From the IMG/VR virus record IMGVR_UViG_3300005546_000004, positions 1-64,000 of that record: a DNA stretch of 64,000 bases. One strand, written 5' to 3'. This document shows, in pieces, positions 54,901 to 64,000 of the stretch (the first letter of the stretch is position 1; every line of letters starts with the position of its first letter). A model generated the notes under the pieces. The model did no database searches. It saw only the letters and a list, made by a program, of their open reading frames with translations, and was not told the origin of the DNA. The DNA is from a virus. Made by a program: the position numbers and the translations under genes.

Positions 54901-56362
54901 GGCGCCTCTCGACCAAGCCGTCCCGGCGCAGCCGGTACAGGCTCAGGTAGACGAGCTTCGGATCGATGCCCGTCTTCTGGACGAGCGCCTCGCGGGTTGC
55001 GGGCTCGGGGCCGATCGCGGCGAGAACCTGCGCATCCCGGTCCTGGGTTTCCTGCGGCCGCGGACGGCCGCGCCGTGGAGTCGCCTCGATTGTCGGTGCT
55101 TCAGTCACGATTGTTCTCCTCGTTACCTTTACTTCACTATGTTCTACGGTATCACACCGGGTGAGCGCGGTCTTCCAGTCGTTCGTGACGTCGATCAGCC
55201 ACTCGTCGTCGCTGATCGGATCGCCGACGTACGAGCCGGGATCGCCCGACAGGGCGCGCGACGCCCACGTGGCGATCCACCGGCCGCAGTCGACGGTGAT
55301 GCCCTTTCCCCAGGTCATGAACAGGCCCGAGACGCGGCGCAGCGGCTCGATTTTCCAGTCGTCGGGGAAGCCGAGGATCCGCGCGGCCTCGCGGTGCGTG
55401 AATGTTCGGCGCAGCTGCCAGTGGACGCCGTTCAGCATGCCGGCGCCGGTGATGACGCGCGCCGGGCCGTCCGGGTTCCACATCGTTGGGGTGTTGTACC
55501 CCTGGAAGAAGTCCTGTCCCTTCAGCTTGTCGACCAGGTGCGACCACGACGACGGCAGGTCGCCGTGCAGGTCGAAGTACCGGCGCGTTACCTTCTGCGC
55601 GTGCTCGCCCGGGTGCCAGTCGATTTCGTTAAGCAGTTCGCGCGTCCGGCGCGTGTTCGGATTGTTCAGCGCGACGTGCCCGTCGACGCGCCCGATGGGC
55701 GAGCGTAGCTGTTCAGCGTACCACGACGGCTTCGAGTCCCAGTACAGCTGCGGCGCCCAGCACGGCTCGTCGAGCGTGGCTAGGTCGCCGATTACGTCGC
55801 GCAGGACCGGCAGCCGGTCGGGCTGCGGCCGCTCGACGCCGAACGGCACGCGGGAGGCGACCCAGAAGTAGCGCCGGCGCTGGGCGGGACCGCCGACGGA
55901 GTACGCGTTGTGGAGCACGTGGTGGAGTGCCCACTTGTCGCCGGTCAGCTCCTCGAGCCGCGCGCGCAGCGCCTGCATCAGCGAGCGGCCCTGCGTGAAC
56001 GCTAGCTGGACGGACTCGAAGATCGCGATCTGGGGTCGGACGCGCGCCGCGTACTCGGCGAACGCCCACATGCAGGTGTTGATCTTTGAGTCGACGCCGC
56101 GGAACTGCTTCGACGACAGCACGGAGAAGCCCGAGCACGGCGGGTTGCCGAACACCAGGTCCGCGTTCGGCGCCGACCACGCCTCCGGTTCGACGGTCTC
56201 CGACGACCAGTCGTCGCCGAGTAGGTGACGGTTGGCCTCGCAGTTGGCGACGCCGAAGCCACCCCTCATCTCGCGCTTACCGATCAGTTGAAAGCCGGCC
56301 TGCACCACGCCGAGTGTAAAGCCGCCCGCGAATCCCTGGCAATCGACGGCAGTATATATCAC
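54851..56362 (-). CDS. DNA (cytosine-5)-methyltransferase with C-terminal winged-helix domain
   Basis: Motif I-like VDCQGFAGGF, motif IV FGNPPCSGFS, ENV-like region; 503 aa. Confidence 0.8.
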   Translation of the reverse strand: MIYTAVDCQGFAGGFTLGVVQAGFQLIGKREMRGGFGVANCEANRHLLGDDWSSETVEPEAWSAPNADLVFGNPPCSGFSVLSSKQFRGVDSKINTCMWAFAEYAARVRPQIAIFESVQLAFTQGRSLMQALRARLEELTGDKWALHHVLHNAYSVGGPAQRRRYFWVASRVPFGVERPQPDRLPVLRDVIGDLATLDEPCWAPQLYWDSKPSWYAEQLRSPIGRVDGHVALNNPNTRRTRELLNEIDWHPGEHAQKVTRRYFDLHGDLPSSWSHLVDKLKGQDFFQGYNTPTMWNPDGPARVITGAGMLNGVHWQLRRTFTHREAARILGFPDDWKIEPLRRVSGLFMTWGKGITVDCGRWIATWASRALSGDPGSYVGDPISDDEWLIDVTNDWKTALTRCDTVEHSEVKVTRRTIVTEAPTIEATPRRGRPRPQETQDRDAQVLAAIGPEPATREALVQKTGIDPKLVYLSLYRLRRDGLVERRRENGAHVWAQTAPSDG

Positions 56363-56366
56363 CAGG

Positions 56367-56951
56367 TTACTGTATCACGATTCGTTCAAGTTGGTCTTCG
56401 GGTACGATCGTTATTCGACGATCGATTTTACCCGAATCACCGACCGTCGTGATCCAGTAGTAGAACTTCTGCTCTTGTTCACACCAACCGTCGACGGTCG
56501 GATGTGGCGGTTTATCAATGCGTGTGGTGTTACACCTTACCGCCGGGTCATCTAGGACACGTTTACACCGTGGACACTTCGTCGAGACCGCGTCATATCC
56601 CTCGGCGGCGCGTCGTTCGTTGACGCCGCGCTTGGTCAGGTAGCCCTCGTACAGCCGATCCGCGGCCGCCTCGGGCGTAAGGCCGGTGGCGAGCAGTAGG
56701 TTCATTAGGAAGTGCCACGCGTCGACCAGCTCGCCGACGTACGCATCGACATTGATCCGGTTGGAACCCAGCGCCCACGGCTTCCACTGGGTTTCGTCCA
56801 GCGCCTCGCCGAGCTCGACCGTCGCGGCAAGCACCATGTCCTTGACGTACTGAATCCGCTCCCCGGGTAGCATACGCTGCGGCACGCGGCCGTACGACTG
56901 GAACTGCAGCTTCGACTGCAGCTCGAACATCTCGGCGAGACGGTCGTTCAT
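56367..56951 (-). CDS. MazG-like nucleoside-triphosphate pyrophosphohydrolase with C-terminal zinc ribbon
   Basis: All-alpha NTP-PPase motif VKDMVLAATVELGEALDETQWKPW (EExxE/D). CPRCKR...C. The start ATG overlaps (ATGA) an upstream small membrane ORF. Confidence 0.65.
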   Translation of the reverse strand: MNDRLAEMFELQSKLQFQSYGRVPQRMLPGERIQYVKDMVLAATVELGEALDETQWKPWALGSNRINVDAYVGELVDAWHFLMNLLLATGLTPEAAADRLYEGYLTKRGVNERRAAEGYDAVSTKCPRCKRVLDDPAVRCNTTRIDKPPHPTVDGWCEQEQKFYYWITTVGDSGKIDRRITIVPEDQLERIVIQ

Positions 56952-57091
56952 CGGGTATTCACCACCATCCACGCGCCGGCCCAGCACACGCCGATGACGA
57001 CGGCCGCGACCACGACGAAGAACGCGATCAACGCGACTACGCCGGCGGCGCCGGATCCGGATGCCTCAAACACTTTTCGCGGTTCACTCAC
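56950..57091 (-). CDS. small membrane protein
   Basis: GTG-initiated 46-codon ORF (ALIAFFVVVAAVVIGVCWAGAW) coupled by GTGA/ATGA overlaps to both neighbours; not in the table. Confidence 0.3.
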
Positions 57092-57790
57092 TTAGTCACT
57101 CCCTGGTAGGCCTCGACGGTTCCGACGTCGTACGACGACACGGGCACCGTCACGTTCTTCTCGTCGAGCATAAACATGTTCAGGTACGGACCGATCAGCA
57201 GCTCGCCGAGGTTCGGATCGAAGTCGTCCAGTAGATTTTGCAGAACAGTCTCCATGCGGGGACGCCAGCCGACGAACGGCCCGACCCAGCAGGTAACGGT
57301 CTCGGTCGTCCGGTTGAGGTACGGCCGACGATCCTTGCTCTCGATCCACCTCGGCTGAACCGCGCCGTCGACGAGCCATGTAAATCGCAGCGCGTCGTCG
57401 CGGTTGAACTCCTTGACGCCGACGGCCGTCTCGTGCGCCGATACCGCGAGCACGTCCTCGACGGTCGACACGTTGTCGCTGAGGAGCACCAGCACGCGCT
57501 TCGATCGACCGGATACCCGCAGGCCGAGCGCGAGCGCGTGCCCGGGTCCGTACGGCTGTCGCTGGACGATCAGCGTCGCATCGCGGTTCGGGCCGAGCGC
57601 CGCGTCGATCGCGGCCGCGTTCTCGGGCGCGACGACGACCACCGGTTCGGCGACGTTGACCTCGCGCGCCAGGTCGTACGCCCGGCAGACCAGCGGAATG
57701 CCGTCGATCGGCAGCAGCGACTTAAAGAACGGCGGCGCCAGCTCGCCGACCCGGGTGCCGCGTCCCGCGGCGAGGATTACAGCATCCACG
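57088..57790 (-). CDS. Sugar-phosphate nucleotidyltransferase (MobA/GlmU-like NTP-transferase fold)
   Basis: GTG after GGAGGAG; VDAVILAAGRGTRVG signature. The table ORF is extended by an Arg-rich false N-terminus. Confidence 0.65.
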
Positions 57791-58622
57791 TGTTCAGCTC
57801 CTCCAGCAGCACACCGGTCGCCACCGAGATCATCGTCGCTTGGTCGTCCGCGTCCCGGCAGGTGCGCGCGCCGCGCAGCATGTGAATCACCGAGTAAAAC
57901 AGCGACGCCCGGACCTGGTCGACGTTGAAGCCCGAGTACGGATCGCCCTGGGCGATCCAGTTCAGCACCGTCGATATCCGATCGACGATCACGTCCCGCT
58001 TCGGCGCCGCGCCCGCGTACCGGATCTGTTCGTACCCGGCGGCGGACTGGATGAACCGGCCGAAGTCGACCACGTCGAGGCTCGGCAGCGCCGGACACGG
58101 CGGAATCGCGTCGACGAACACGACGTGACCCCCGTCGTCGCGCATGACGTTGTCGAGGATCGGATCGCCGTGCGTCCACACCAGCTGCACCGGCCAGACG
58201 ACCTCCGAACGGAGCTCGTGCAGCCGCGTCAGCGCGGCGTACGCGCCGAGTGGCAGGCACAGGTCGACGACGTACCGGTCGAGGACGCGCTCGTTCAGCG
58301 CGACGAACGGGTTGCGGGCCCACTGGCGGTGCGGCGTCTGAAGCGAGTGACTGATCTTACGGTAGATCCGCCAGCACTCCTCGAGCAGGTGCATCGGGTC
58401 GTCCAGAAACTCGGACAGGTCGACGTCGTGGAGCCGGTTCATCTCGTAACCGCCCGAGGTGACGTGCTTGACCTGCGGCAGGTGGTTGTTCGGGTAGTCG
58501 CGTAGCCACAGGCCCTGCTGGCGGACGCGGGTACCGGTTGCCGCCGTGTCCAGCTTGGTCACCTTGTCGTCCTCGATAACGATCACCGCAGCCGAGGCGC
58601 CGCGCGGCACGTTGCTCACAGT
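57777..58622 (-). CDS. APH/ChoK-family kinase (anomeric sugar kinase / aminoglycoside phosphotransferase-like)
   Basis: GTG after GAGGAGAGG; catalytic HGDPILDNV (HGDxxxxN) and DFG-like VDFGRF. Confidence 0.6.
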   Translation of the reverse strand, partial: TVSNVPRGASAAVIVIEDDKVTKLDTAATGTRVRQQGLWLRDYPNNHLPQVKHVTSGGYEMNRLHDVDLSEFLDDPMHLLEECWRIYRKISHSLQTPHRQWARNPFVALNERVLDRYVVDLCLPLGAYAALTRLHELRSEVVWPVQLVWTHGDPILDNVMRDDGGHVVFVDAIPPCPALPSLDVVDFGRFIQSAAGYEQIRYAGAAPKRDVIVDRISTVLNWIAQGDPYSGFNVDQVRASLFYSVIHMLRGARTCRDADDQATMISVATGVLLEELNTWML

Positions 58623-59962
58623 CCGAGCCTCTCCTCGATCAGCTTCAGGTAGCGCAGCTCCTCCACCGCGCGCTCGAAGTGCGCGCGCTGCAGGTTGACG
58701 ACCCACCGCCAGGTTTCCTCGTCTCGAGTCGCCGTCGCCAGGCGTCGCTGAAGCTCCTGCGGCGTTCGAACGCGCAGGAAGTCGCGCAGCTCCGCCGGCG
58801 CGTCGCCGAGAACGTGGTTCTGGTCGTCGTAGTCTGGGTGGAAGAAGCAGACGACGCCGGCGGCGAACGCCTCCCACGGCTTCGCGGTGGCCCAGCCGGA
58901 ACCCGACGCCGGCAGCGTGATCGTCGCCCGGACGCGGTGCAGCAGCCGCGGGTACTCGGCGATCGGAATCGGGTCGATCCGGCGGCCCAGGACGCCGATC
59001 GAGTCGGCCGACCAGTGGCCGTAGACGAAGTCCGGATCCAGCGGCAGCACCCACTTCTTGAGCACGTTGACGCGGGCCTTCGCCGGGTTGACCTGGCGGC
59101 GCGTCTCATTGACGACGACCCCGAAGTTGTACGGCCGGTTGAAGTCGTCGCTGAACTTGACCGTATCGCCGAACGGCGTACCCGGCACCAGCGACGAGAC
59201 TTCCAATCGGGCGTAGATGCTGCGCGACTTGGCGGTCCAGACGTTGCCGTGTTCGATCCAGCCCATATTTTCGGCAACTTTAAGGTCTTCGTCAGTCGCA
59301 AACCGCTTAAAAGCTTCGTGATTTGGATCGCCGCCACGTTCGTGCTTGACGTTGTTCCACTGGTTGTACTGCGCGAGCACCGGGTGCCGCCACGGCCACT
59401 TACCGTCGCGGTACTTGACGTAGTTGCGGGCGTCGGCGTTGAGCAGCACCTCCTCCCGCGCGATGGGATCTGCGTCGCGCCACCGGTTGATGCCCCGCAG
59501 CAGGTACGAACCGTACAGGTTCGCCCAGTCGTACGGCTTGGTTAGCTTCGACCGATCCTTAATCGACAGAAGTGGCGAGTTGGTCGTGCCGTGTTGGCCG
59601 AGCCACATGACGATTCCGTCCAGGTCCGCGATCGTGTCACCCGTCACTGCGTCCAGTAGGTCGCGCAGCTTCAGGTGATCCTCGATCGTTAGGTTTTGGT
59701 AGTTCAGTCCGCGCTCGTTGATCCGACGGCGAACCTCGGGTGCCCACGATGTCCACGGATTGACGACGTTGTCGGGCAGTCCGACGTCCGCGCGGTGCTC
59801 GCCGGAGTTGCGACCGATCAGCACGAAGTCGACGTCCGGGTGCCGCTCAGCGAGCAGCTTCAGCGTCGGCACCATCTCGGTGTCGCCGCCGAGGCTGCCG
59901 CAGTTCTCCAGTCTCAGCGGCATCGAACGGCCGAGCTTCGCGTAACCTATACGTTTTCGCAC
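58616..59962 (-). CDS. hypothetical 448-aa protein; possible GT-B-like glycosyltransferase (candidate DNA or protein glycosyltransferase)
   Basis: GTG after GAGGGAG. C-terminal TLPASGSGWATAKPWEAFAAGVVCFFHP resembles the GT-B donor-binding E/G-rich motif. Weak call. Confidence 0.3.
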   Translation of the reverse strand: MRKRIGYAKLGRSMPLRLENCGSLGGDTEMVPTLKLLAERHPDVDFVLIGRNSGEHRADVGLPDNVVNPWTSWAPEVRRRINERGLNYQNLTIEDHLKLRDLLDAVTGDTIADLDGIVMWLGQHGTTNSPLLSIKDRSKLTKPYDWANLYGSYLLRGINRWRDADPIAREEVLLNADARNYVKYRDGKWPWRHPVLAQYNQWNNVKHERGGDPNHEAFKRFATDEDLKVAENMGWIEHGNVWTAKSRSIYARLEVSSLVPGTPFGDTVKFSDDFNRPYNFGVVVNETRRQVNPAKARVNVLKKWVLPLDPDFVYGHWSADSIGVLGRRIDPIPIAEYPRLLHRVRATITLPASGSGWATAKPWEAFAAGVVCFFHPDYDDQNHVLGDAPAELRDFLRVRTPQELQRRLATATRDEETWRWVVNLQRAHFERAVEELRYLKLIEERLGL

Positions 59963-60032
59963 TCGATCTCCCTCGCGATATGGCGGGACCTACGCCCGCC
60001 ATCCTACTACGTTCCCGGTATCTTGCCCAGCT

Positions 60033-60560
60033 CTAGGCGAACGGATCTGCGGGCGCGGGCGTCGACGGCTGGACGGCGACGGGTTCCCGCACGGCGGCCT
60101 GGGGCGTAGCTGTCGGACCGGTTGAAAACCCGCCGAGCGCTCCTTGGCCGCCTCCGCCGGGGCCGCCGACCGCGGGCTTCCAGTTCTCGATCTGCTCCCG
60201 GTCGGTGCCCTGCCACTGGCGGCTGCCGACGGTGACGACCGCCCGGCGGCCGACCAGCGCCGCGGCAACCTGCTCCAGCGTCGGGTTGGAGTTCCAGAAC
60301 GCCGTGTTGAGGCCGAGCACGGACATCTGGCCGAAGAAGATGCGCATCGCCGACGGGTTGTCGGCCGTCACGTTGAAGTTGTTGAACAACGTTCGGCCGG
60401 CGAACGTACCCGACTCGATCTTCAGCGTGGCCTTGATCATGGGTTTACCGGTTGACGACTGTGAGGCGGTCGCGGAGGTGACGACGACCGGGAAGTCGCC
60501 CGTGAGAACGGTGATGGCGTCCTTGTGAAGATCGGACCAGTTGATGATGCTGTCGGACAC
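60033..60560 (-). CDS. DUF669-like phage ssDNA-binding protein with Gly/Pro-rich C-terminal tail
   Basis: 175 aa; sits immediately downstream of a Sak4-like ATPase (the conserved Sak4/DUF669 pair); acidic/GGG tail. Confidence 0.5.
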   Translation of the reverse strand: MSDSIINWSDLHKDAITVLTGDFPVVVTSATASQSSTGKPMIKATLKIESGTFAGRTLFNNFNVTADNPSAMRIFFGQMSVLGLNTAFWNSNPTLEQVAAALVGRRAVVTVGSRQWQGTDREQIENWKPAVGGPGGGGQGALGGFSTGPTATPQAAVREPVAVQPSTPAPADPFA

Positions 60561-60569
60561 GTGCGGCTC

Positions 60570-61328
60570 CTAGCGGTTCGGCGGGTAGATCTGTTCTAGC
60601 ATCCTCGAGATGTTGGGATCTTCTACGGTGTCGGGTAGGCGGCCGCCGACGCGCTCGCCGGCCTCGTACTGCGGGTGGGGGCCGATCAGCAGTCGCTTCT
60701 GCTTCTCGGTGACGGCACCCGTCGTCGGGTCGGTAACGAACTCGGTGTACAGGTAGCCGCAGACGTCAACCCAGTACGGCAGCGTGTCGCGGATCTGGCC
60801 CTGCATGTACGGGCGCCACTTGCCGTCCTTCATCGCCATCTCCGACACGAAGACGACGCACCGGATCGTGTTCGGCAGCAGCGTCAGATCCCGGTAGCCG
60901 CGGATCAGTCCGTCCATCTGGTCGAGCAGCTGGCCCCAGTGCTGCTGCTGCATCTGGGTCGACGCGGGCGCGATGTTGCGCTTACAGCGCCGCTGCACCT
61001 CGGTGATCGAGTCGAGCACCAGCGACGCGAACCGGTGCTCCTGCTGCGTCAGGGCGACGTAGCACTGCTGCATCGCCAGCCACGACGTGACCTTGACGTG
61101 GAGGACGTCCCACGTGCCGTCGTAGTCCGGCAGCGGCTCCTGGTTCGGATCCCAGGCGCGCTTACGCAGCTTGACGCCGGAGCGGAACCCAGCCTCGTCG
61201 ATGAACTTCCACGAACCCTCCGCGTCCATCACCATCGCCGGCAGCGGCACGGTGCTCGTCAGCGTCGACTTGCCGGCCTTCGACGAGCCGTACACCAGCA
61301 TCGACAGCGTGTCGTCACTCGTGGTCAA
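60570..61328 (-). CDS. Sak4-like RecA-fold ATPase (AAA_24 phage recombination protein)
   Basis: TTG after GGGAGG. Walker A VYGSSKAGKST; Walker B LVLDSITE. Confidence 0.65.
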   Translation of the reverse strand: MTTSDDTLSMLVYGSSKAGKSTLTSTVPLPAMVMDAEGSWKFIDEAGFRSGVKLRKRAWDPNQEPLPDYDGTWDVLHVKVTSWLAMQQCYVALTQQEHRFASLVLDSITEVQRRCKRNIAPASTQMQQQHWGQLLDQMDGLIRGYRDLTLLPNTIRCVVFVSEMAMKDGKWRPYMQGQIRDTLPYWVDVCGYLYTEFVTDPTTGAVTEKQKRLLIGPHPQYEAGERVGGRLPDTVEDPNISRMLEQIYPPNR

Positions 61329-62328
61329 TGATGTGCCTCCCACCGTAGTAGCTGAGCGGATCCCGCTTCTCGTACAGCGCCTCGACCGCGTCCTCGACCC
61401 GGGAGCCGTCGTCGAACATGCGGCATACCTTGAAGAACTGACACTTCCAGACACAGTCGCGTGACGGTCGCGGTGGTACGACGTAATGATGATCTTCTCC
61501 TCGTTCCATGTCGACCTCCGCAAAGTCGACCTGCCACAGGAAGTGACGCATACGCGCGATGTGCGACTCAAGCTCGTGAATGTTGTGATCGATCGGCGTG
61601 CGGTTGTAGAAGGGTGGTCGAGCGGCGCGGGTGCGCTTTACCTTACGCAGCATGTTGTACAGCGCGCCGTCGCAGCGAGCTTCACCTTCCTCGGTATTGA
61701 GCCACTCGATGACCTGATAGTGGATCATCTGCTGGTTGAGTCCGAGCATCGGGTCAATTAGCGAGCCGACGGTTTTATGATCAATGAACTTACGACGTCC
61801 GGTGGTGCGGCTTCGTACGCGCGCATCGAGCTTACCGATCAACTTAACGTGTCCACCGAATGCGCTATCCTCAAACAGGGTTGCCTCGACGTAGGCCTCG
61901 GGCGCGATGACCTCGATGTCCTCGTCGGCGCCGCTCTCGGCGAGCCACTGCACGTAGCCCTCGATCATAGCGTGTTCCAGATCGAACTGGGACTGCAACG
62001 CCGACCGTTCGAGCTCGTAGACCTTCTCGCTGCCCGGCCACCAGCCGTCCTCGGTGAACTGCGTCGGAATCTGCGTCTCGAACGCCGCCAGGTCCTCGCG
62101 TTGCACGCGGTCCAGCGTCTGCAGCGGATCCGCCGGGGCCTCGCCCTCCGGCACGTAGTAGGAGGCCAGGGCGACGTGGATGCGGGTACCCGTCGCCGCT
62201 GGTGACTTCACGTCGGCCGTCCGCGGGGTGAGGCCGCGGTACCACGCGAGCCACCAGCGACGCGGGCAGTCCCTGAAGGTTTGGACCTCCGAGTTGGAGA
62301 CCAGTCGTACGCCGTCGACGATCGTCAC
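61315..62328 (-). CDS. Cas4/RecB-family PD-(D/E)XK exonuclease with Fe-S cysteine cluster
   Basis: N-terminal FRDCPRRWWL and C-terminal CVWKCQFFKVC cysteines. Internal KLIGKLD...DHKT nuclease motifs. Confidence 0.65.
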   Translation of the reverse strand: MTIVDGVRLVSNSEVQTFRDCPRRWWLAWYRGLTPRTADVKSPAATGTRIHVALASYYVPEGEAPADPLQTLDRVQREDLAAFETQIPTQFTEDGWWPGSEKVYELERSALQSQFDLEHAMIEGYVQWLAESGADEDIEVIAPEAYVEATLFEDSAFGGHVKLIGKLDARVRSRTTGRRKFIDHKTVGSLIDPMLGLNQQMIHYQVIEWLNTEEGEARCDGALYNMLRKVKRTRAARPPFYNRTPIDHNIHELESHIARMRHFLWQVDFAEVDMERGEDHHYVVPPRPSRDCVWKCQFFKVCRMFDDGSRVEDAVEALYEKRDPLSYYGGRHIIDHE

Positions 62329-62594
62329 TCATCGACCACACAGACGTTATCGAACTTCTTATAGGCGTCGATGTATGATTCACGACGGTCACCGTTGTAT
62401 GTGACCTCGTAGTACATGCCATCCGGAAGTGTGGTGGAGATAAGTGCCTTCCAGTTCTGCAGCGTCTTGCAGAACCAGACGATGTATACCTCGTCCTGTG
62501 CGAATGTTACGTGCTTATCGGTCTTTTCGAGCCGCGTCTTGATGTACTCGAACACCAGTCGACACGCCTTGATCTTGTAGTCTTCGTCGTTCAC
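62325..62594 (-). CDS. small hypothetical protein encoded by an atypically low-GC (about 50%) gene
   Basis: 89 aa, Lys/Tyr/Asn-rich (MNDEDYKIKACRLVFEYIKTRLEKTDKHVTF...). Composition is clearly different from the flanking 65% GC genes. Confidence 0.5.
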   Translation of the reverse strand: MNDEDYKIKACRLVFEYIKTRLEKTDKHVTFAQDEVYIVWFCKTLQNWKALISTTLPDGMYYEVTYNGDRRESYIDAYKKFDNVCVVDE

Positions 62595-64000
62595 GCTGCA
62601 TCTCCTAGGTTGCTGGTAAGTATCTGCTCGGCCTCGAGGTCGAGCTCGGCCGTGGACAGTCCGGCCGCGGCGAGTCGCTGCCGGTCGCGGGTGATCTCGT
62701 CGAGCCGCAGCGACTTCTCGACCAGTCGCTCAACCTGGTCCTCCTCGACGGTGCCGTGGGCGATCAGGTGAACGACCTGGATGGACTCGTGGATCTCGGA
62801 GCCGATACGGTGCACGCGGTCCTCGGCCTGCCGGTTGTCGATCATCGACCAAGATCTCTGAAGGAAAACTATCAGGTCCGAGGCGGTCATCGTCAACCCG
62901 GTACCGCCCGCCTTCAGGGTGAACAGCAGCACGTCGAGCTTGCCGTTCTGGAAATCGTTCAGGATCGAGTCGCGCTCCCAGGGTTGCTGGCCGCCGGTGA
63001 TCCGGCCGTACGAGATCTTCAACTTGTCGAAGCGCTGCGCCGCCAGGTCGACCAGCTGGCGGTGCTCGGCGCAGGCGACGAACGGTCGGCCGCCGCGTTC
63101 CTCCCAGATCTCGACCAGCGCGTCGACCTTCGGCGACGGGTCGCACATGCGGAACCCGTCCGGGGTCGACTGCATCGTGGCCGAGGAGAACTGCAGCAGC
63201 CGGGTCTGCGCGACCAGGTCGTCCTTGGCGACCATCAGGCTGCCGTCCGGCAGGCGGGTCACCAGCGTATCGGCGATCTCGCGGTAGGCCTTGGCCTGCT
63301 TCGGCGTCAGGTCGACCTGGCGGGTCGTGTAGACCTTCGGCGGCAGCTGCGGCAGTACGAGCGCCTTCGGCATCCGGCGGAACCGCGGGTCGAAGATCTT
63401 ATAGAACTCCTCGCGGTGCTCCGGGTTGATGCCCTTGACGTCGATGCCGCCGTACGTGCCCCACGCGAGTAGGCAGTACCGGTCGACGAATGCCGACTTG
63501 CGGGGATACTCGTCCGGCCAGACGAAGTGCATGATCGACCACAGGTCCGACGGGTCGTTGGCGATCGGCGTGCCGGTCAGCGCGTAACGAATCTGGACGT
63601 GCGCGCCCTGGCCGATCGCCCAACATGCGCGGGTCTGCTTAGCGTGTGGGTCCTTGATCCGGTGAGCCTCGTCGACGATCACCGTCCGGAACGGGATCGT
63701 GTTGAGTTCCCGCGGGTGGGCCTCACAGCGGTTTGGCGTCGTCCGCGGGTCGCGGCCGCCGCAGTCCGGGCACGCCGCCAGGCGGACGGAGCCGAACCCG
63801 GCCAGCCGCGAGTGCGATCGAGCGGCCTCGATGTTGATGATCACCAGCGCCGATGGGTCGTCCGCGGCCTGCTTCAAGATCTTCACGCGGTTGGCGGCCG
63901 AGCCGTCGACGACGTACGGCGTAGCCCACGGTAGCCAGGTGGCGGCCTCACGGGCCCAGTTAAACTTCGTAGAGTTGGGACAGATAATGACGGCCGGTAA
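62591..64000 (-). CDS. SNF2-family helicase (C-terminal two-thirds; N-terminus beyond the window end)
   Basis: DEAH box VIVDEAHRIK; helicase C motifs LLFTLKAGGTGLTMT and QAEDRVHRIGS. The ORF remains open to position 64000. Confidence 0.8.
   Translation of the reverse strand, partial: LPAVIICPNSTKFNWAREAATWLPWATPYVVDGSAANRVKILKQAADDPSALVIINIEAARSHSRLAGFGSVRLAACPDCGGRDPRTTPNRCEAHPRELNTIPFRTVIVDEAHRIKDPHAKQTRACWAIGQGAHVQIRYALTGTPIANDPSDLWSIMHFVWPDEYPRKSAFVDRYCLLAWGTYGGIDVKGINPEHREEFYKIFDPRFRRMPKALVLPQLPPKVYTTRQVDLTPKQAKAYREIADTLVTRLPDGSLMVAKDDLVAQTRLLQFSSATMQSTPDGFRMCDPSPKVDALVEIWEERGGRPFVACAEHRQLVDLAAQRFDKLKISYGRITGGQQPWERDSILNDFQNGKLDVLLFTLKAGGTGLTMTASDLIVFLQRSWSMIDNRQAEDRVHRIGSEIHESIQVVHLIAHGTVEEDQVERLVEKSLRLDEITRDRQRLAAAGLSTAELDLEAEQILTSNLGDAA

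Noticed and set aside
57088-59054. N-terminal extensions of table ORFs 57088-58323 and 57777-59054
   Set aside because: The Arg-rich N-terminal halves are read-through of the neighbouring gene in another frame. Internal GTG starts with good SD sequences give domain-sized proteins (nucleotidyltransferase, kinase).
1-64000. CRISPR arrays, transposases or insertion sequences
   Set aside because: No spaced direct-repeat arrays and no DDE/HUH transposase-like ORFs were found. Repeats present are short regulatory-type iterons and palindromes.

Overview
The window is a near-complete high-GC (about 65%) tailed-phage genome segment. The host is most likely a morphologically complex actinomycete of the Streptomyces type, because it encodes WhiB, an SsgB-like protein and a DUF397 protein. 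No integrase is seen. Layout: the left arm (1-7061, minus strand) carries a replication and nucleotide-metabolism module: truncated family-A DNA polymerase, dCMP deaminase, a ThyA-family enzyme with the dCMP-hydroxymethylase-type Asp substitution, a dTMP-kinase fusion, a tRNA-Met and tRNA-like remnants. A prim-pol/SF3 primase-helicase (7250-9715) is followed by an AT-rich iteron-bearing origin-like region (9716-10046). A long plus-strand block of small early genes (10047-18666) includes DUF397, an SPFH/band-7 protein, a PRTase and zinc-ribbon proteins. The packaging and virion module runs 18686-46012: TerL, then three small genes separated by two type-II hammerhead ribozymes, an SsgB-like gene, portal, a MuF-ADP-ribosyltransferase fusion, a 1255-aa multi-domain protein ending in a second ADP-ribosyltransferase, a 2H phosphoesterase, protease/scaffold, major capsid protein, connector and tail genes, G/T chaperones with a -1 frameshift, tape measure, and minor tail proteins. 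A seven-gene glycosylation/methylation cluster follows (46012-51315). The right arm (51312-64000, minus strand) carries WhiB, holin and endolysin, Dcm, a MazG-like enzyme, a sugar-activation pair (APH-like kinase plus nucleotidyltransferase), a possible GT-B protein, DUF669-like SSB, Sak4-like ATPase, Cas4-like exonuclease and a truncated SNF2 helicase. The most notable signals are: the two hammerhead ribozymes with covariation; the paired Alt-like ART effectors next to a 2H phosphoesterase; a cytosine-type ThyA paralogue with supporting genes that suggest DNA hypermodification; and the phage-borne SsgB-like and SPFH genes.
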